Source: Octopus bimaculoides
Taxonomy: Eukaryota
Direction of reading: 5' to 3'
DNA length: 64,000 bases
Assembly (NCBI RefSeq): GCF_001194135.2
Contig: NC_069003.1
Location: forward strand, 13,458,189 to 13,522,188
Part shown: positions 38,582 through 51,834 of the stretch, piece by piece
Numbering within the stretch: position 1 is the stretch's first letter
How the letters are laid out: each line of letters opens with the position of its first letter
The notes under the pieces: model-generated
What the model was told of the DNA's origin: nothing
Seen by the model: only the letters and a program-made list of their open reading frames with translations
The model's database searches: none
Translations under genes and position numbers: made by a program

Positions 38582-40263
38582 GTGAGTCAGCTTTACTTCA
38601 ACACATACATGCTTCACAGGGGACGATTGTGCACTGACATGCTTCGCACACATTTCAGCTCTGCACATACACACACATCTAACAGTACTCCTTACCTTTC
38701 TACATAAATATATATGTATATATATTACACCCCGACACATATACAGATACATGTAACTGTGCATATACACATGTAATAGTATACATACATACATGCATAC
38801 ACATACACACTTCAACACAAATACGCATATGTAATAGTACAGACGTTCATACACATACCTATTTCAGCACAGGCACTCACATGTAATTGCACATTACCTC
38901 CACACACACACACACATTTCAGCACACATACACACATATATAACATTACACATACATATAGCACTTCAAAATTTGAATTTCATGGTTATTCCACTAATGA
39001 ATGTTAAATATCTACCAAAAAATAGAATTGGTATTTTCTGCAAGTCACGTTGCCTCAATAAACTTGACGTACCACAACAAAAAAATTAGTTCCAAAAATG
39101 ACATTCCTCAATAAAACATAGATTGGTATATAAAGCTGCTTTCCCACAGTTAAGGGTATTGAAATTTTGGGTGGATATATTTGATTTCCATACTGAAAAG
39201 GTTTAACCAAAGCATGCTTTCCAAAATGTTAAGGATCCTATGCAAAATCCCTATATACCTGTAAAGATATGTTGAAATGATTCATTTTCAACAAGATGTT
39301 GATATTGGGACGATTTCTTCCAGATCTACACTGGAAGAGACAGGAAAATATTTGTCTTGAAAATGTCGCATCCACTTTTGTCACGCACGTCACAACAGGA
39401 GTTGCCAAAACATTGGATAGCATGCTTGGCAGTGTTTGTTCTGGTTTTCTGTGATCCCTGTTCAAATCCTGGCGAAGTCAACTTTGTCTTATCCTTTCAG
39501 GGATTCAGTCCCTGAAAGAAAGAAATGAAGACAAAGTTTATAGTTCTTCCAGCCCGAGGATACTGGACCGGTAGAACTATAACAACCTTGAACCAAGCCA
39601 GGTCAGATGTCTTGTGGTGCTTGTTATGACTCATTGCGTTCTGAGTTCAAATCCCACCATCAGCCAGTTTAACACCAACACCTATCATCTCAGGTGTATC
39701 TTTAGTGGAAATCTATTTGTTGTAGAGATTCAGGCTTGGACTCTGGTTTGAGGATATTCATAACTCCTCCACCACACTCTATCCTAGTAGTCCCAGAGAC
39801 CCTGTAAAGGATTAGGGACACTGTCTTCTCTTCTAACTAATACACGTGTGTGTGTGCATGTATAGGTACAGGCATGGGTATGTGGTTAAAAATTTGAACC
39901 CATGGTTATGGGTTCAGTCCCACTGTGCAACACATTGGACCACTATCTTCTACTATAGCCTTGGACCAACCAAAGCCTTGTGAATGGATTTGGTAGACGG
40001 AAACTGAAAGAAGCCTGTCTTTGTTAATGTTACTGTAGTTGTTGTTTAGCCCAAGGTCATCTCTTAGACAGACCGCTGATAAAAGACATTGTAACTATGA
40101 TCGTCCTGTTTCCAGACATAATGTATCTAGTGTGTCCTTTTTTAATGTGGTATTGTGTGATTTAACAGAGTTTTAGCTGCTATTTCTAGCTGGTTGAATG
40201 ATTGCATAGAATTTCCTTGATTAAGATTTGTTGTATTATTGATGTTGTTGTTTGTTGTTTCAG

Positions 40264-40461
40264 CGAGGGCTGGGAGAAACTAGGCCTCTATGAGTTCCTC
40301 AAGGCGAAACAGAAAGCTAAGAAGATCCGAGACCGAGAACTGGAGAAGGAGAAAGAGAAAGAGAAACACCAGCCGTCCGACCGCTTCCGAGGTCGGTCAA
40401 GTTCTCCGCCTCCAAGACCTCGGTCACGTTCCAACTCACCACGAACACGATCTCGTAGAAG
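40264..40461 (+). CDS. CHERP: CHERP exon: EGWEKLGLYEFLKAKQKAKK...RSRSNSPRTRSRR (start of RS region)
   Basis: gttgtttcag| acceptor, ag|gtatga donor, 198 nt phase 2-2; matches human EGWEQNGLYEFFRAK. Confidence 0.94.
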
Positions 40462-40680
40462 GTATGATGCTAAGAGGTACAAACAGCTTTTGTCTACATT
40501 TCTTTTGCTATTGGCGGGGAGGGAGGACAATAATAAGTTTCCCCAACATCTGAGCATTGTGGGCCCTTTGCCTGCTACTATGGACAACATATGACCTTTT
40601 ACCACCACTGAGGGTAATGTAGGAGTTTTCCTCTGCCAATTTGAGTAGCATTGTTCAAGTTACCACTGAGTAATATTGTA

Positions 40681-40898
40681 GAAGGGGGTGCTGTAAAGTT
40701 CCTGGCTTTAAAGGTGCCGCGAAAGGCCTGGTTAGAGACCCGACTTTCTTAGTTCTTTTACAGGGCTTAGAAAAATTGAAGGACTGCTGCAGTAAGTCTG
40801 TGAATCTGAGAGAGAAATATCCTCAATAAAATCATAACTAATTGATCCTCCTGTATTTTCTTTTACCCAAAGCCAGGAACTTTTTCAGCAGCCCCTCG
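40681..40898. mobile_element. Mariner-type MITE, copy 2
   Basis: ta|gaagggggtgctgtaaagttcctgg ... ccaggaactttttcagcagcccctcg|ta, TA target duplication. Confidence 0.8.
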
Positions 40899-40902
40899 TA
40901 CT

Positions 40903-41112
40903 TCTCCAATCAGTACTCACTTTTGTTGTACTATACCCACCTCTGTACACTACCCATCTCTGTCGTACTGTACTCACCTCTGACATACAGTACCCACCTT
41001 GACTGTACTGTACCCACTTCTGTCATACCATACTCATCTCTACTGTACACTACTCACTTCAGTCGTACTGGCGTTCTGTATTCACCTTCACTGTACAGTA
41101 CTCACCTCTACT
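40903..41112. repeat. About 20-bp minisatellite (gtactgtactcacctctgtc-like), about 10 units
   Basis: Direct inspection. Confidence 0.75.
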
Positions 41113-41676
41113 AAATCCCTTCACTAATAATCCCTCTTGTTTCTAAAAAGTATATTGTTGTTGTTGTTGTTACTAAAATGAGGGGAATATGTCAACCACA
41201 TGGACAGCCAATCCAGTGGTCAGCTGTTCCAGTTTGTTGCAAGTCTTTTATTATGTTTGTGAGTAGAACACTTTTTAGCATTCAATCAAAAAAAAAAAAG
41301 GTATCTTACCTGTTATGAGAGGTTCAGATACCAATATTATGGACAATGTTGTCGCTGAAAACCAAGTCTTTGGATAGATCTTCATTACATTCCTGAGTAA
41401 TAAACATATGTTAACTTCCCTCCATCAGCTTACTACAGATGGGGGTCCATTGTTTGTTGTTTTGTTTTAACCCCTTCTGTTACAATATTTCTGTTGAAAT
41501 ACACTTCCTTTGTTTTTGTTAATTTTTAAAATAAGATGAGTTTAGTCAAATAACTGTCATTAACCCTTTAGTATTCAAACTGACCATATCTGGCCCAAAT
41601 AATCTAACTGCTTTTCGTTCAAAAGTGCTATTTTCTGTATGTTATATACATTCATAAGTCCTGATGTTTTGTTTCT

Positions 41677-41771
<95 letters not shown>

Positions 41772-41805
41772 GTTGTTGTTGTTATTTATAATCTCTTTCA
41801 CTCAG

Positions 41806-41895
41806 GTCCCACTCCAGGTCACATTCAAGATCTAAGTCAAAATCTCCACTGCCCTACCTGCGCAGTAGCAAGTCTCGATCACCTTCTCCTTCCAG
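41806..41895 (+). CDS. CHERP: CHERP RS exon (3' end at N gap): SHSRSHSRSKSKSPLPYLRSSKSRSPSPS
   Basis: ctctttcactcag| acceptor, phase 2 in, Arg/Ser-rich frame running into gap 41896-42423. Confidence 0.8.
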
Positions 41896-42423
41896 NNNNN
41901 NNNNNNNNNNNNNNNNNNNNNNNNNNNNNNNNNNNNNNNNNNNNNNNNNNNNNNNNNNNNNNNNNNNNNNNNNNNNNNNNNNNNNNNNNNNNNNNNNNNN
42001 NNNNNNNNNNNNNNNNNNNNNNNNNNNNNNNNNNNNNNNNNNNNNNNNNNNNNNNNNNNNNNNNNNNNNNNNNNNNNNNNNNNNNNNNNNNNNNNNNNNN
42101 NNNNNNNNNNNNNNNNNNNNNNNNNNNNNNNNNNNNNNNNNNNNNNNNNNNNNNNNNNNNNNNNNNNNNNNNNNNNNNNNNNNNNNNNNNNNNNNNNNNN
42201 NNNNNNNNNNNNNNNNNNNNNNNNNNNNNNNNNNNNNNNNNNNNNNNNNNNNNNNNNNNNNNNNNNNNNNNNNNNNNNNNNNNNNNNNNNNNNNNNNNNN
42301 NNNNNNNNNNNNNNNNNNNNNNNNNNNNNNNNNNNNNNNNNNNNNNNNNNNNNNNNNNNNNNNNNNNNNNNNNNNNNNNNNNNNNNNNNNNNNNNNNNNN
42401 NNNNNNNNNNNNNNNNNNNNNNN

Positions 42424-42752
42424 TCCCACTGCGTGGCACTTTGGGCAAGTGTCTTCTACTATAGCCTCGGGCTGACTAAAGCCTTGTGAGTGGATTTGGT
42501 AGACGGAAACTGAAAGAAGCCCGTCGTATATATGTATATATATGTGTGTGTGTGTCTGTGTTTGTCCCCCCAACATCGATTGACAACCGATGGTGGTGTG
42601 TTTACGTCCCTGTAACTTAGCGGTTCGGCAAAAGAGACCGATAGAATAAGTACTAGGCTTCCAAAGAATAAGTCCTGGGGTCAATTTGCCTAACTAAAGG
42701 CGGTGCTCCAGCATGGCCGCAGTCAAATGACTGAAACAAGTAAAAGAATAAA
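42424..42752 (+). mobile_element. SINE family A (5' end in gap)
   Basis: Family consensus. Confidence 0.85.
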
Positions 42753-43791
42753 AAAATACATGTGCCTTACAGAAATTTCTGTGGGCTGCAGGGTGGCCAC
42801 AACTGATGTAGATGCTCGCAGTAATGGGGCACTAGTTGCCTTCTAGGGATCCCCTTTGTCATTTTCTGCAGTGTTGATGTATCCTGTTTGAAAAATATAT
42901 TGCAAAATGGTGGGATATCAGAAAACAGACAATAAACATGTATTTTTCGTTTATTTCATTTCATTTAAATAGTTAAAATTCTGTTATAGTTAGCTTTACC
43001 TTTTCTCTTTTAGGGGTTGATGAAATAAAGTACCGGTCATGTACTGTGGTCAGTAAAAAAACCCTAGCCTGCCAAAATTTCTGACCTTGTCCCTAAATCT
43101 ATAACAATTATTATTATTAAGTATTAGGGTCAGTGATACTGACTGACCACCTTCTTTCTAAACTCCTGGCCTCATACCTTCTTTGGGAGTTTGAATAAAT
43201 ATAACAAAAGCCTTATAAATGGATTTAGGAAGTAGAAACTGAAAGAAGCCCATTGTGTGTGTGAGTGAATGAATGAATTAGTGAGTGAGTGAGTCTATTT
43301 GTCTCCCACCACAGGTTGACAACCAGGACTAGTTTGTTTACATCCCTGAAAGTTAACAGTTCAGCAAAAGAAACCGATAGAATGAGTAAGGACCAGGCTT
43401 GAGAAACTCAATGAGGTACTTCTATTTATAGTGAACAAGAACATATAAATATGGTTTTAAAAGCACATAATTTATAATAAAATCACAAAAGTAGTGGGAA
43501 AGAAAATACAGCACAAAATGGTCTCGGTACCATAAATAAATGAAAAAAATATCCATAAATGCAAGGTGCAGGTGTGACTGTGTGATAAGAAATTTGTTTC
43601 TCAACTACATGGTTCCAGGTTCAGTCCCACTGCATGGTACCAAAATGGGCTTGGTAAGCAAAATTTTAAACTGAACAGCAGGGATGTCACTTAGACTTGT
43701 CCTTTTTCCTTTCTTCCTCCTTTCCATTTTCTGTTACCTTGCTTACACCAAAACTAATCGCTCCTGCTTCTCTTGTCTGTCTTCCGTGTAG

Positions 43792-43877
43792 TGGCGGTGA
43801 AAACTTCTTGCAGCCTCCCATGTTTGACCAAAGGATCGGAGAAGATAACAAAGGCCACCAAATGCTGATGAAGATGG
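43792..43877 (+). CDS. CHERP: CHERP exon, G-patch start: GGENFLQPPMFDQRIGEDNKGHQMLMKM
   Basis: cttccgtgtag| acceptor (alternative cttcttgcag| at about 43813), g|gtaagt donor; RIGEDNKGHQMLMKMG is the G-patch motif. Confidence 0.9.
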
Positions 43878-44784
43878 GTAAGTTGAGTTTGGCTGACTGG
43901 CACCACCCACCTGGTCAACCATTTTTCTCATTTCTTGTTTATTAAGTTAGGGTTGGTTTGTAACAGAAGTGTGGCATTGGGGCTACGAGGCATCCTCATC
44001 ATCAACATTTAACATCCGTTTTCCTTGCTGGCATGAGTTGGCTGGCTTGACAGGAACTGGCAAGACCAGGGACTGCACCAGGTTCCATGGTCTGTTTTGG
44101 CTTGGTTTCAACAGCTGGATGTCCTCTTTAATGCCAACTCCTTCACAGAGTGTATTGGGTACTTTTTTGACATGGCACCAGCACTAGTGCTTTTTATGTG
44201 ACATGAGAATCCACTGAGGTAATTTAATATCCCCTCTTCGTTGTCTGAGTCACTCCTCTCAGAAAATGTGCAAGGATGGTAACAGGGTGAGAAATATGTC
44301 AATGAGTGAGTTAAGAAAGGTCGGGAAAAGAGATGTTGATGTATTGAGATGGTGGGGCAAGGAGGTGGGGGTGACACACAGTGCTGGTGGCTAGGGGGGG
44401 TAGGGATGACGGTACTGATGTGCTTTGATTGTAGTCACTAGTAAATGTCTGTGCACATGCACTCAAAGGTAGAAGTGAAATGGGCCCTTATCAATGATCA
44501 GAATACCTGCTGGGTGGTGGTGGGGGTGTTGACAGACAGATGTGTTGTGTTGTTTCTGTTTCTGACGAGAATCCTCATCATCTGACATCTGCCTTCCATG
44601 CATTCATTGGGTTGAATGGGTTTTTGCAGTCTAAGTAGTTCTTATCCAAGACTTAACTGCCCCTCCACCTACCCCATCCAACAATTGGAAACTTGCATCT
44701 TGGGCAAGTGTCTTCTACTACAGCCTCAGGCCAACCAAAGATTTGTGAATGGATTTGGCAGATGGAAACTGAAAGAACCCTATC

Positions 44785-44846
<62 letters not shown>

Positions 44847-45281
44847 ATGTTTGTCCTCCCTTCATCACTTGACACCTGGTATTGGTTTGTTTACCTCCCC
44901 CATAACTTTGCGGTTCAGCAAAGAGGCCAATAGAATAAGTACTAGACTTAAAAATAAATCTTGGGGTTGATTTGTTCGACAAAAACACTTTAAGGTGGTG
45001 CTCCAGCATTGCCACAGTCAAACGACAGAAACAAGTAAAAAAAAAAAATTCCATTTTTTTCCCCCCTGTTTTCCACAACTTGGTTCCCTTTCTAACACCA
45101 ACCACTTTACTGTGTTCTGGGTCTATTCTATTATGACACACGCACCTGTGAGATTGGCCTGTTATTGCATATGACTAATGAACATTGATGGTAATGAATG
45201 ATGATGGAGTTTGTCTGTCTGTCTGTCTGCTAGAATATGTTGATAATACATTCATATATCTTGTTTCTGTTTGTCATTTAG

Positions 45282-45500
45282 GTTGGAGTGGCAAGGGTCT
45301 TGGCGTCACAGAACAGGGCATAGTTGACCCTATATCAGGAGGTGACTGTCGCAACCGGCAGGACATGTACAAGGGAGTAGGATTTGAGATAAAAGATCCA
45401 TTTGAGTTGAAAGATCCGTTTGAGCAGTTCCGTAAGAGCAAAAGCCAAGGTTTTATCCAGCGAATGAAGGCAAGGGACGAGGCAAGAATCGGAGAAAAAG
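45282..45500 (+). CDS. CHERP: CHERP exon, G-patch and C-terminal block: GWSGKGLGVTEQGIVDPISGGDCRNRQDMYKGVGFEIKDPFELKDPFEQFRKSKSQGFIQRMKARDEARIGEK
   Basis: gtcatttag| acceptor, g|gtaatt donor (phase 1); matches human GWSGSGGLGAKEQGIQDPIKGGDVRDKWDQYKGVG..DDPYENYRRNKS.SFIARMKARDE. Confidence 0.96.
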
Positions 45501-45706
45501 GTAATTGTAAAACACTAAAGTTAGTCTTCTTTGTCATCCCCAGCTCTCACCTTTGTCAGTGTAGAGGTGCTGGTTATTGTTGTTGAGGTTCATCTGTTAA
45601 TTTATCATTGTCCAACGGTCACAAATGCAGATACACAAAATCCACTGGTCACTAAATGCCTTAATCTGTGGTCACATACACACACAGTTCATTGGTCACT
45701 ATCTCC

Positions 45707-45793
<87 letters not shown>

Positions 45794-48063
45794 ACCCATT
45801 GATCACCCTAACCCTCAAGCCTGCTTCCCAATCTCATGCATGCAGGTTCAGTCCCACTGTGTGGCGCCTTGGGCCTTCTGCTATAGCCATGGGCCTATCA
45901 AAGCCTTGTGAATAGATTTGATAGATGGAAACTGAAAGAAACCTGTTATATATATAAAACCCTCCAAAGTGGTGCCCCAGCATGGTCACAGTCCAGTGAC
46001 TGAAACAAGTAAAAGGTAAAAAACTTACTGTGGCTGTGCAGTAAGAAGCTTGCTTCCCAACCACATGGTTCCAGGTTCAGTCCCACTGCGTGGCACCTCG
46101 GGCAAGTGTCTTCTACTATAAGCCTTGGGCCTACCAAAGCCTTGTGAGTGGATTTGGCAGACGGAAACTGAAAGAAGCCTGTCATATATATATATGTGTG
46201 TCCTCCCTACCATCATTGCTTCACAACTGATGTTGGTGTGTTTATGTGGTTCAGCAGAAGAGACCAAAAGAATAAGTACTAGGCTTACAAAAAATAAGTC
46301 CTGGGGTTGATTTCTTCAACTAAAACCTTTTAAGGTGGTGCTCCAGCATGGCCACAGTCAAATGACTGAAACAAATAAAAGAATAAGTGGTCACTACACA
46401 TTCNNNNNNNNNNNNNNNNNNNNNNNNNNNNNNNNNNNNNNNNNNNNNNNNNNNNNNNNNNNNNNNNNNNNNNNNNNNNNNNNNNNNNNNNNNNNNNNNN
46501 NNNNNNNNNNNNNNNNNNNNNNNNNNNNNNNNNNNNNNNNNNNNNNNNNNNNNNNNNNNNNNNNNNNNNNNNNNNNNNNNNNNNNNNNNNNNNNNNNNNN
46601 NNNNNNNNNNNNNNNNNNNNNNNNNNNNNNNNNNNNNNNNNNNNNNNNNNNNNNNNNNNNNNNNNNNNNNNNNNNNNNNNNNNNNNNNNNNNNNNNNNNN
46701 NNNNNNNNNNNNNNNNNNNNNNNNNNNNNNNNNNNNNNNNNNNNNNNNNNNNNNNNNNNNNNNNNNNNNNNNNNNNNNNNNNNNNNNNNNNNNNNNNNNN
46801 NNNNNNNNNNNNNNNNNNNNNNNNNNNNNNNNNNNNNNNNNNNNNNNNNNNNNNNNNNNNNNNNNNNNNNNNNNNNNNNNNNNNNNNNNNNNNNNNNNNN
46901 NNNNNNNNNNNNNNNNNNNNNNNNNNNNNNNNNNNNNNNNNNNNNNNNNNNNNNNNNNNNNNNNNNNNNNNNNNNNNNGAACTTCCCTCTACCACCAATG
47001 AATCATTAGGCTACCACCACCATCACCACCACCACCACCACCACCACCACCACCACCACCAGCCGCTTCATGAGTTGAGGAAGGGCCTCCATGATCCTCT
47101 CTTTCTCTGCAGAGATGTTGACCCTCTCTGTGCCCCTCTCTGGCCCTCTCCCTCTATGGAGCAGGTCGTAAACCTTTCACTGCAGGATTTCATTCTTTTA
47201 TTTTTTTCCTCCCCACTACCTCTTCACTCATATTTCTTCATCATTGAGATCACAATATTAAATCTTTAAAAAAAACAACTAGAGATGTCTTTGTTGTTTT
47301 TTGTTGTTGTTGTTTTTTTTTTGTTTTTTTACTTTTTGTCTGTTTCTTTGGTTTATCACCAGTGCCATCACCACAATTATCATCATCATCACAAGCACCA
47401 CCATCATCACAATCACCACCACGATTATCATCATCATCACCAACATCACAATCATCATCATTTTGCTGTGGCAAGTGTTACAGTAAATGGCCCGTAAATA
47501 GCACCATTTGAGCGTAATCGTTACCTGCGTTGCTGTCTAGCACTTGTGCTGGTGGCACGTTAGAAAGTCATTCGAGCGAGGTCGTTGTCAGTGCCGTTAG
47601 ACTGGCTCCCATGCAGGTGGCACGTAAAAAACACCTTTTTGAGCGTGGCCGTTGCCAGTACCACCTGACTGGCCTTCGTGCTGGTGGCACGTAAAAGCAC
47701 CCACTTCACTCTCAGAGTGGTTGGTGTTAGGAAGGGCATCCAGCTGTAGAAACTCTGCCAAATCAGATTGGAGCCTAGTGTAGCCATCTGGTTTCACCAG
47801 TCCTCACTCAAATCGTCCAACCCATGCTAGCATATCTGTGATTAAGGAGTTTGCTTCCCAACCACATGGTTTTAGGTTCAGTCCCACTATGTGGTACCTT
47901 GACCAAGTGTGTTCTGTTACAGCCTTGAACCAACTAAATCTTTGTGAGTGAAAACGGTTGGTGGAAACTGAAAGAAGCCCATTGTAATATACATATATAT
48001 TATATGCAATAAATGAGAGAAAGAGGAAATGGAATTCATCAGATTCTTTATAACAATGATCAT

Positions 48064-48198
48064 CTGGACAACTGGTTGTGGTACATCCTTTGGCACAGAA
48101 GTGTCTTGTCAGGTGGCTTTATTGAGCAAAGTACCTTTTAAAAAGTCACTTGATGATACACATCTCCACCAAAGGATGCACCACAACCAGTTGTCTAG
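48064..48198. repeat. Fold-back hairpin: 27-bp near-perfect lower stem plus about 24-bp imperfect upper stem
   Basis: 48067-48093 pairs with 48169-48195 (1 mismatch); 48097-48120 pairs with 48142-48165. Confidence 0.8.
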
Positions 48199-49665
48199 AA
48201 TCTCACCTGCGAGGAACCGATACAGGATGGGCTGAAATGATTGTTGTAATTAATAAAGAGTCTTGTGAATTCCATTTCCTCTTTGTCTCATACGTTATAT
48301 ACTCAACAGACATGGAGGAATTCCTGAGGTAAATCCAGTGGCATTGCCAGTACTGCTGGACTGGCTCCTGTGCAGGTGGCATGTAAAGTACACCATTTCG
48401 AGCGTGGCCATTGCCAGTACCTCCTGACTGGCCTTCGTGCTGGTAGCACGTAAAAGCACCCACTACACTCTCGGAGTGGTTGGCGTTAGGAAGGGCATCC
48501 AGCTGTAGAAACTCTGCCAAATCAGATTGGAGCCTGATGTAGCCACCTGGTCCACCAGTCCTCAGTCAAATCGTCCAACCCATGCTAGCATGGAAAGCAG
48601 ACGTTAAATGATGATGATTGTTGATGACATCAGGTAGTCACAGACAGTCAATGTGCTTTAATCAGCATGCTACCAGATGTATACCCAAGTCTAAAATCAC
48701 AAAGCCAGCAATGTCAGGAGAGAGGGGTTAAGTCGATTACATTGACCCTAGTGTTCAACTGGTACATATTTTATCAACCCCAAAAGGATGAAAGGCAAAA
48801 TCAACTTCAGCAGAATTTGAACTCAGAATGTAAAGATGGACAAAATTGCTGCTAGGCATTTTTGCCCAGTGTGCTAACAACTCTGCCAGCTCGATTCCCT
48901 GACCACTATTTATACATTATATTTATGTATGCATGTGAGTGTGTTCATTCTTTCTTGTCTTAGCATCATAAACGTGAGGTTGTTCATTTCCAATCTTCCA
49001 TAAAAACATGTCTGGCCATGGAGAAATATTATCTTGCTTGGAAGCAAGTGAGGGTTAGCAACAGGAAGGGCATCTGGCTGTAGAAAATCTCAACAATTCC
49101 ATCTGACACATGCAAGCATAGAAAAGTGGATGTTAAAACACATACATATCATCGTCATCATCATTTCTTAATTACTTGTTTTAGTCATTAGAATACAGCC
49201 ATGCTGGGGCGCCACCTTGAAGACTTTTAGTCAAGCAAATTGACCCCAGTACTTATTCTGTTGATCTCTTTTGCCAAACAGGAACATAAACACTCTAACA
49301 CCAGTTGTCAAATGGTGGCCGGGGGAAAAGAGACAGACAGACTCACATATACACAATGGGCTTCTTTCAGTTTCATTCTACCAAATCCATTCACAAGGCT
49401 GGCTATATTAGAAGACATTTGCCCAAGGTTCCATACAGTGGGACTGAACCTGGAATCATGTGAGTGGGAAGCAAACTTCTTACCACACAACCATGCTTGC
49501 CCCTGTGTGTGTGTGATGGGCTGTTTTCAGTTTCCATCTACCAAATCCATCACAAGGCTCGGTCAGCAGGATGCTATAGTAGAAGACGACCAAGGTACCA
49601 CACAGTGGGACTGAACCTGGAACCATTATGGCTGGGAAGCAAATTTCTTACCACATAGCCACACT

Positions 49666-49719
<54 letters not shown>

Positions 49720-50317
49720 TACATATGATAAGGAAGGCATAATACCAACTTAAATTAATATGGGTATAGGAAATGGAGTCTGACCTTCAGATAAAGTAAA
49801 CTATGTTGTATCTACAGCACAAAAATATTGGAACTATCCCAACTGGTTCACTACATAAAACATACACTAGCACATGGGTACACATGGATTTTTTGCCAAT
49901 ATATATATATGTATGTATATATAGTATGTATGTATATATGTTGAGACATACCAAAGCATATGAGTACAATACGTACTTGAACTGAATCATATAGCTGCAC
50001 ACTTAGATTTTGTACCAGTATGTACATATATAAATATACCCTTACACACACACATATATACATATACGCATATATATATATATACATATACATATAAACA
50101 CATATATACACATACATTCATATATATATATATCTAAAACACATATACATATAAACACATATATATACACACACATTCATATATATATATATATATATAC
50201 ATATCTAAAACACATATATACATATATAAACACACATATATACACACACATTCATATATATATATATCTAAAACACATATATACATATACATATAAACAC
50301 ATATATATACACACACA

Positions 50318-50349
<32 letters not shown>

Positions 50350-50775
50350 CTGAAACACACAAGCACATGGTACACATACATATTGCAGTGTATATTTGTA
50401 CACACATTGGTACCGATAAGCACTGTCATCCGTACAGTTTCACGCAAACACACACACACATTTGATATCCATATACATCCTGACATACTGACACACAGAC
50501 GAAGCATTTACCGTATCTCAAGGCTTGGGCAATATTTCATATTTTCATGTCTGTGTTGTCATAAATGCCCTCATCATCATCATCATCATCATCACCAACA
50601 TCATCAATACCCCCTTCACCACCACCACCAACACTATCATCATCATCATCGTCTTTACCACCATCATCATCAAAATCATCACCAACATCATTGATACCAC
50701 GATTACCACTAATGCTACAGTCACTATCATCAAAACCACCACTACCACCACCATCATCATCATCGTCATCATCAT

Positions 50776-50806
<31 letters not shown>

Positions 50807-50819
50807 GTCATCATCACCA

Positions 50820-50882
<63 letters not shown>

Positions 50883-50892
50883 CCACCACCAG

Positions 50893-50907
50893 GATGAAGA
50901 CAACATG
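50893..50907 (+). other. Candidate 15-nt micro-exon gatgaagacaacatg (possible CHERP 3' exon)
   Basis: (CAC)n-cag| acceptor and g|gtaagt donor; no homology evidence. Confidence 0.3.
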
Positions 50908-51487
50908 GTAAGTTGAATATTTCATTAGAAAAATCGAAGATAAATGAAGAGAAGAGGTGGCAGTAGAGGTGTAGAGAAAGGAGGAGGAAGGAGAAAGAAA
51001 GATAAAGAGTTAGTGAGAAAGAGAGAGAGAGAGAGAGATGAAAGAGAAGAGTGATTTAGAGGAGACAAAATGAGGGAAGGAAAGTCCTTTCTTTCACAAC
51101 TACTTTTCTAACCTCTCCTTCTTTCACACTCTCTCTCTCTTTCAGTCTCTGTCTCTCTCTTCCCCCTCCTTCTACCTTACCCTACCACTCCCAAAGAAAT
51201 ATCTGAATCATGGACAGAGGCACGTACACAGCATTTCTTTAATAGCAGTGGAAGCATTAACACTACTACTACTACTACTACTACTATTACATGATAGGTG
51301 ATGCAGTGAATGTGGGGGCGGGGGGATTTGCTGTTGAAGCTGAATGAGAACAGTCAGAAAAACTGGAGAATTTGAGGTGGGGGGAAGGGGCAGGGTGTAA
51401 TTCCTTCATACACAGGCAACATACATATATATAGACACACACACACATACACATGTATATTCACACACATATATATATATATACACC

Positions 51488-51642
51488 GTGTAGTAAGTAG
51501 CTTGCTTACCAACCACATGGTTCCGGGTTCAGTCCAACTGTGTGGCACCTTGGGCAAGTGGCTTCTACTATAGCCTCGGGCCGACCAAAGCCTCGTGAGT
51601 GGATTTGGTAGATGGAAACTGAAAGAAGCCTGTCGTATATAT

Positions 51643-51676
<34 letters not shown>

Positions 51677-51834
51677 CTGTGTTTGTCCCCCACCATCGCT
51701 TGACAACCGATGGTGGTGTGTTTACGTAGCCGTAACTTAGCGGTTTGGCCTAAGAGATCGATAGAATAAGTACCAAGCTTACAAAGAATAAGTCCTGGGG
51801 TCGATTTGCTCGACTGAAGGCAGTGCTCCAGCAT
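51488..51834 (+). mobile_element. SINE family A, 3'-truncated, fused to the Tc1-like remnant
   Basis: Consensus stops at gtgctccagcat. Confidence 0.85.

Larger units (their letters stand above)
8127..45500 (+). other. CHERP: CHERP / SCAF6 (calcium homeostasis endoplasmic reticulum protein; U2 snRNP-associated) gene, visible coding span; 5' SURP exon(s) not seen, 3' terminal exon unresolved
   Basis: 16 exons with GT-AG boundaries whose phases chain in frame wherever no gap intervenes. Peptides match remembered human CHERP blocks (QPIIDTCTKDAI, LHLIYLINDVLHHC, PYFDLPAGLM, YKPLDPKDIRLPPPMPPSERLLAAVEAFY, EGWE..GLYEF, GEENKGHQML.KMGW.G.GLG). Confidence 0.95.

Noticed and set aside
47050-47190. 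GC-rich segment reading VYDLLHRGRGPERGTERVNISAEKERIMEALPQLMKRL on the minus strand
   Set aside because: Purine-rich acceptor context and weak gtggtg donor; no recognisable homology; may be GA low complexity
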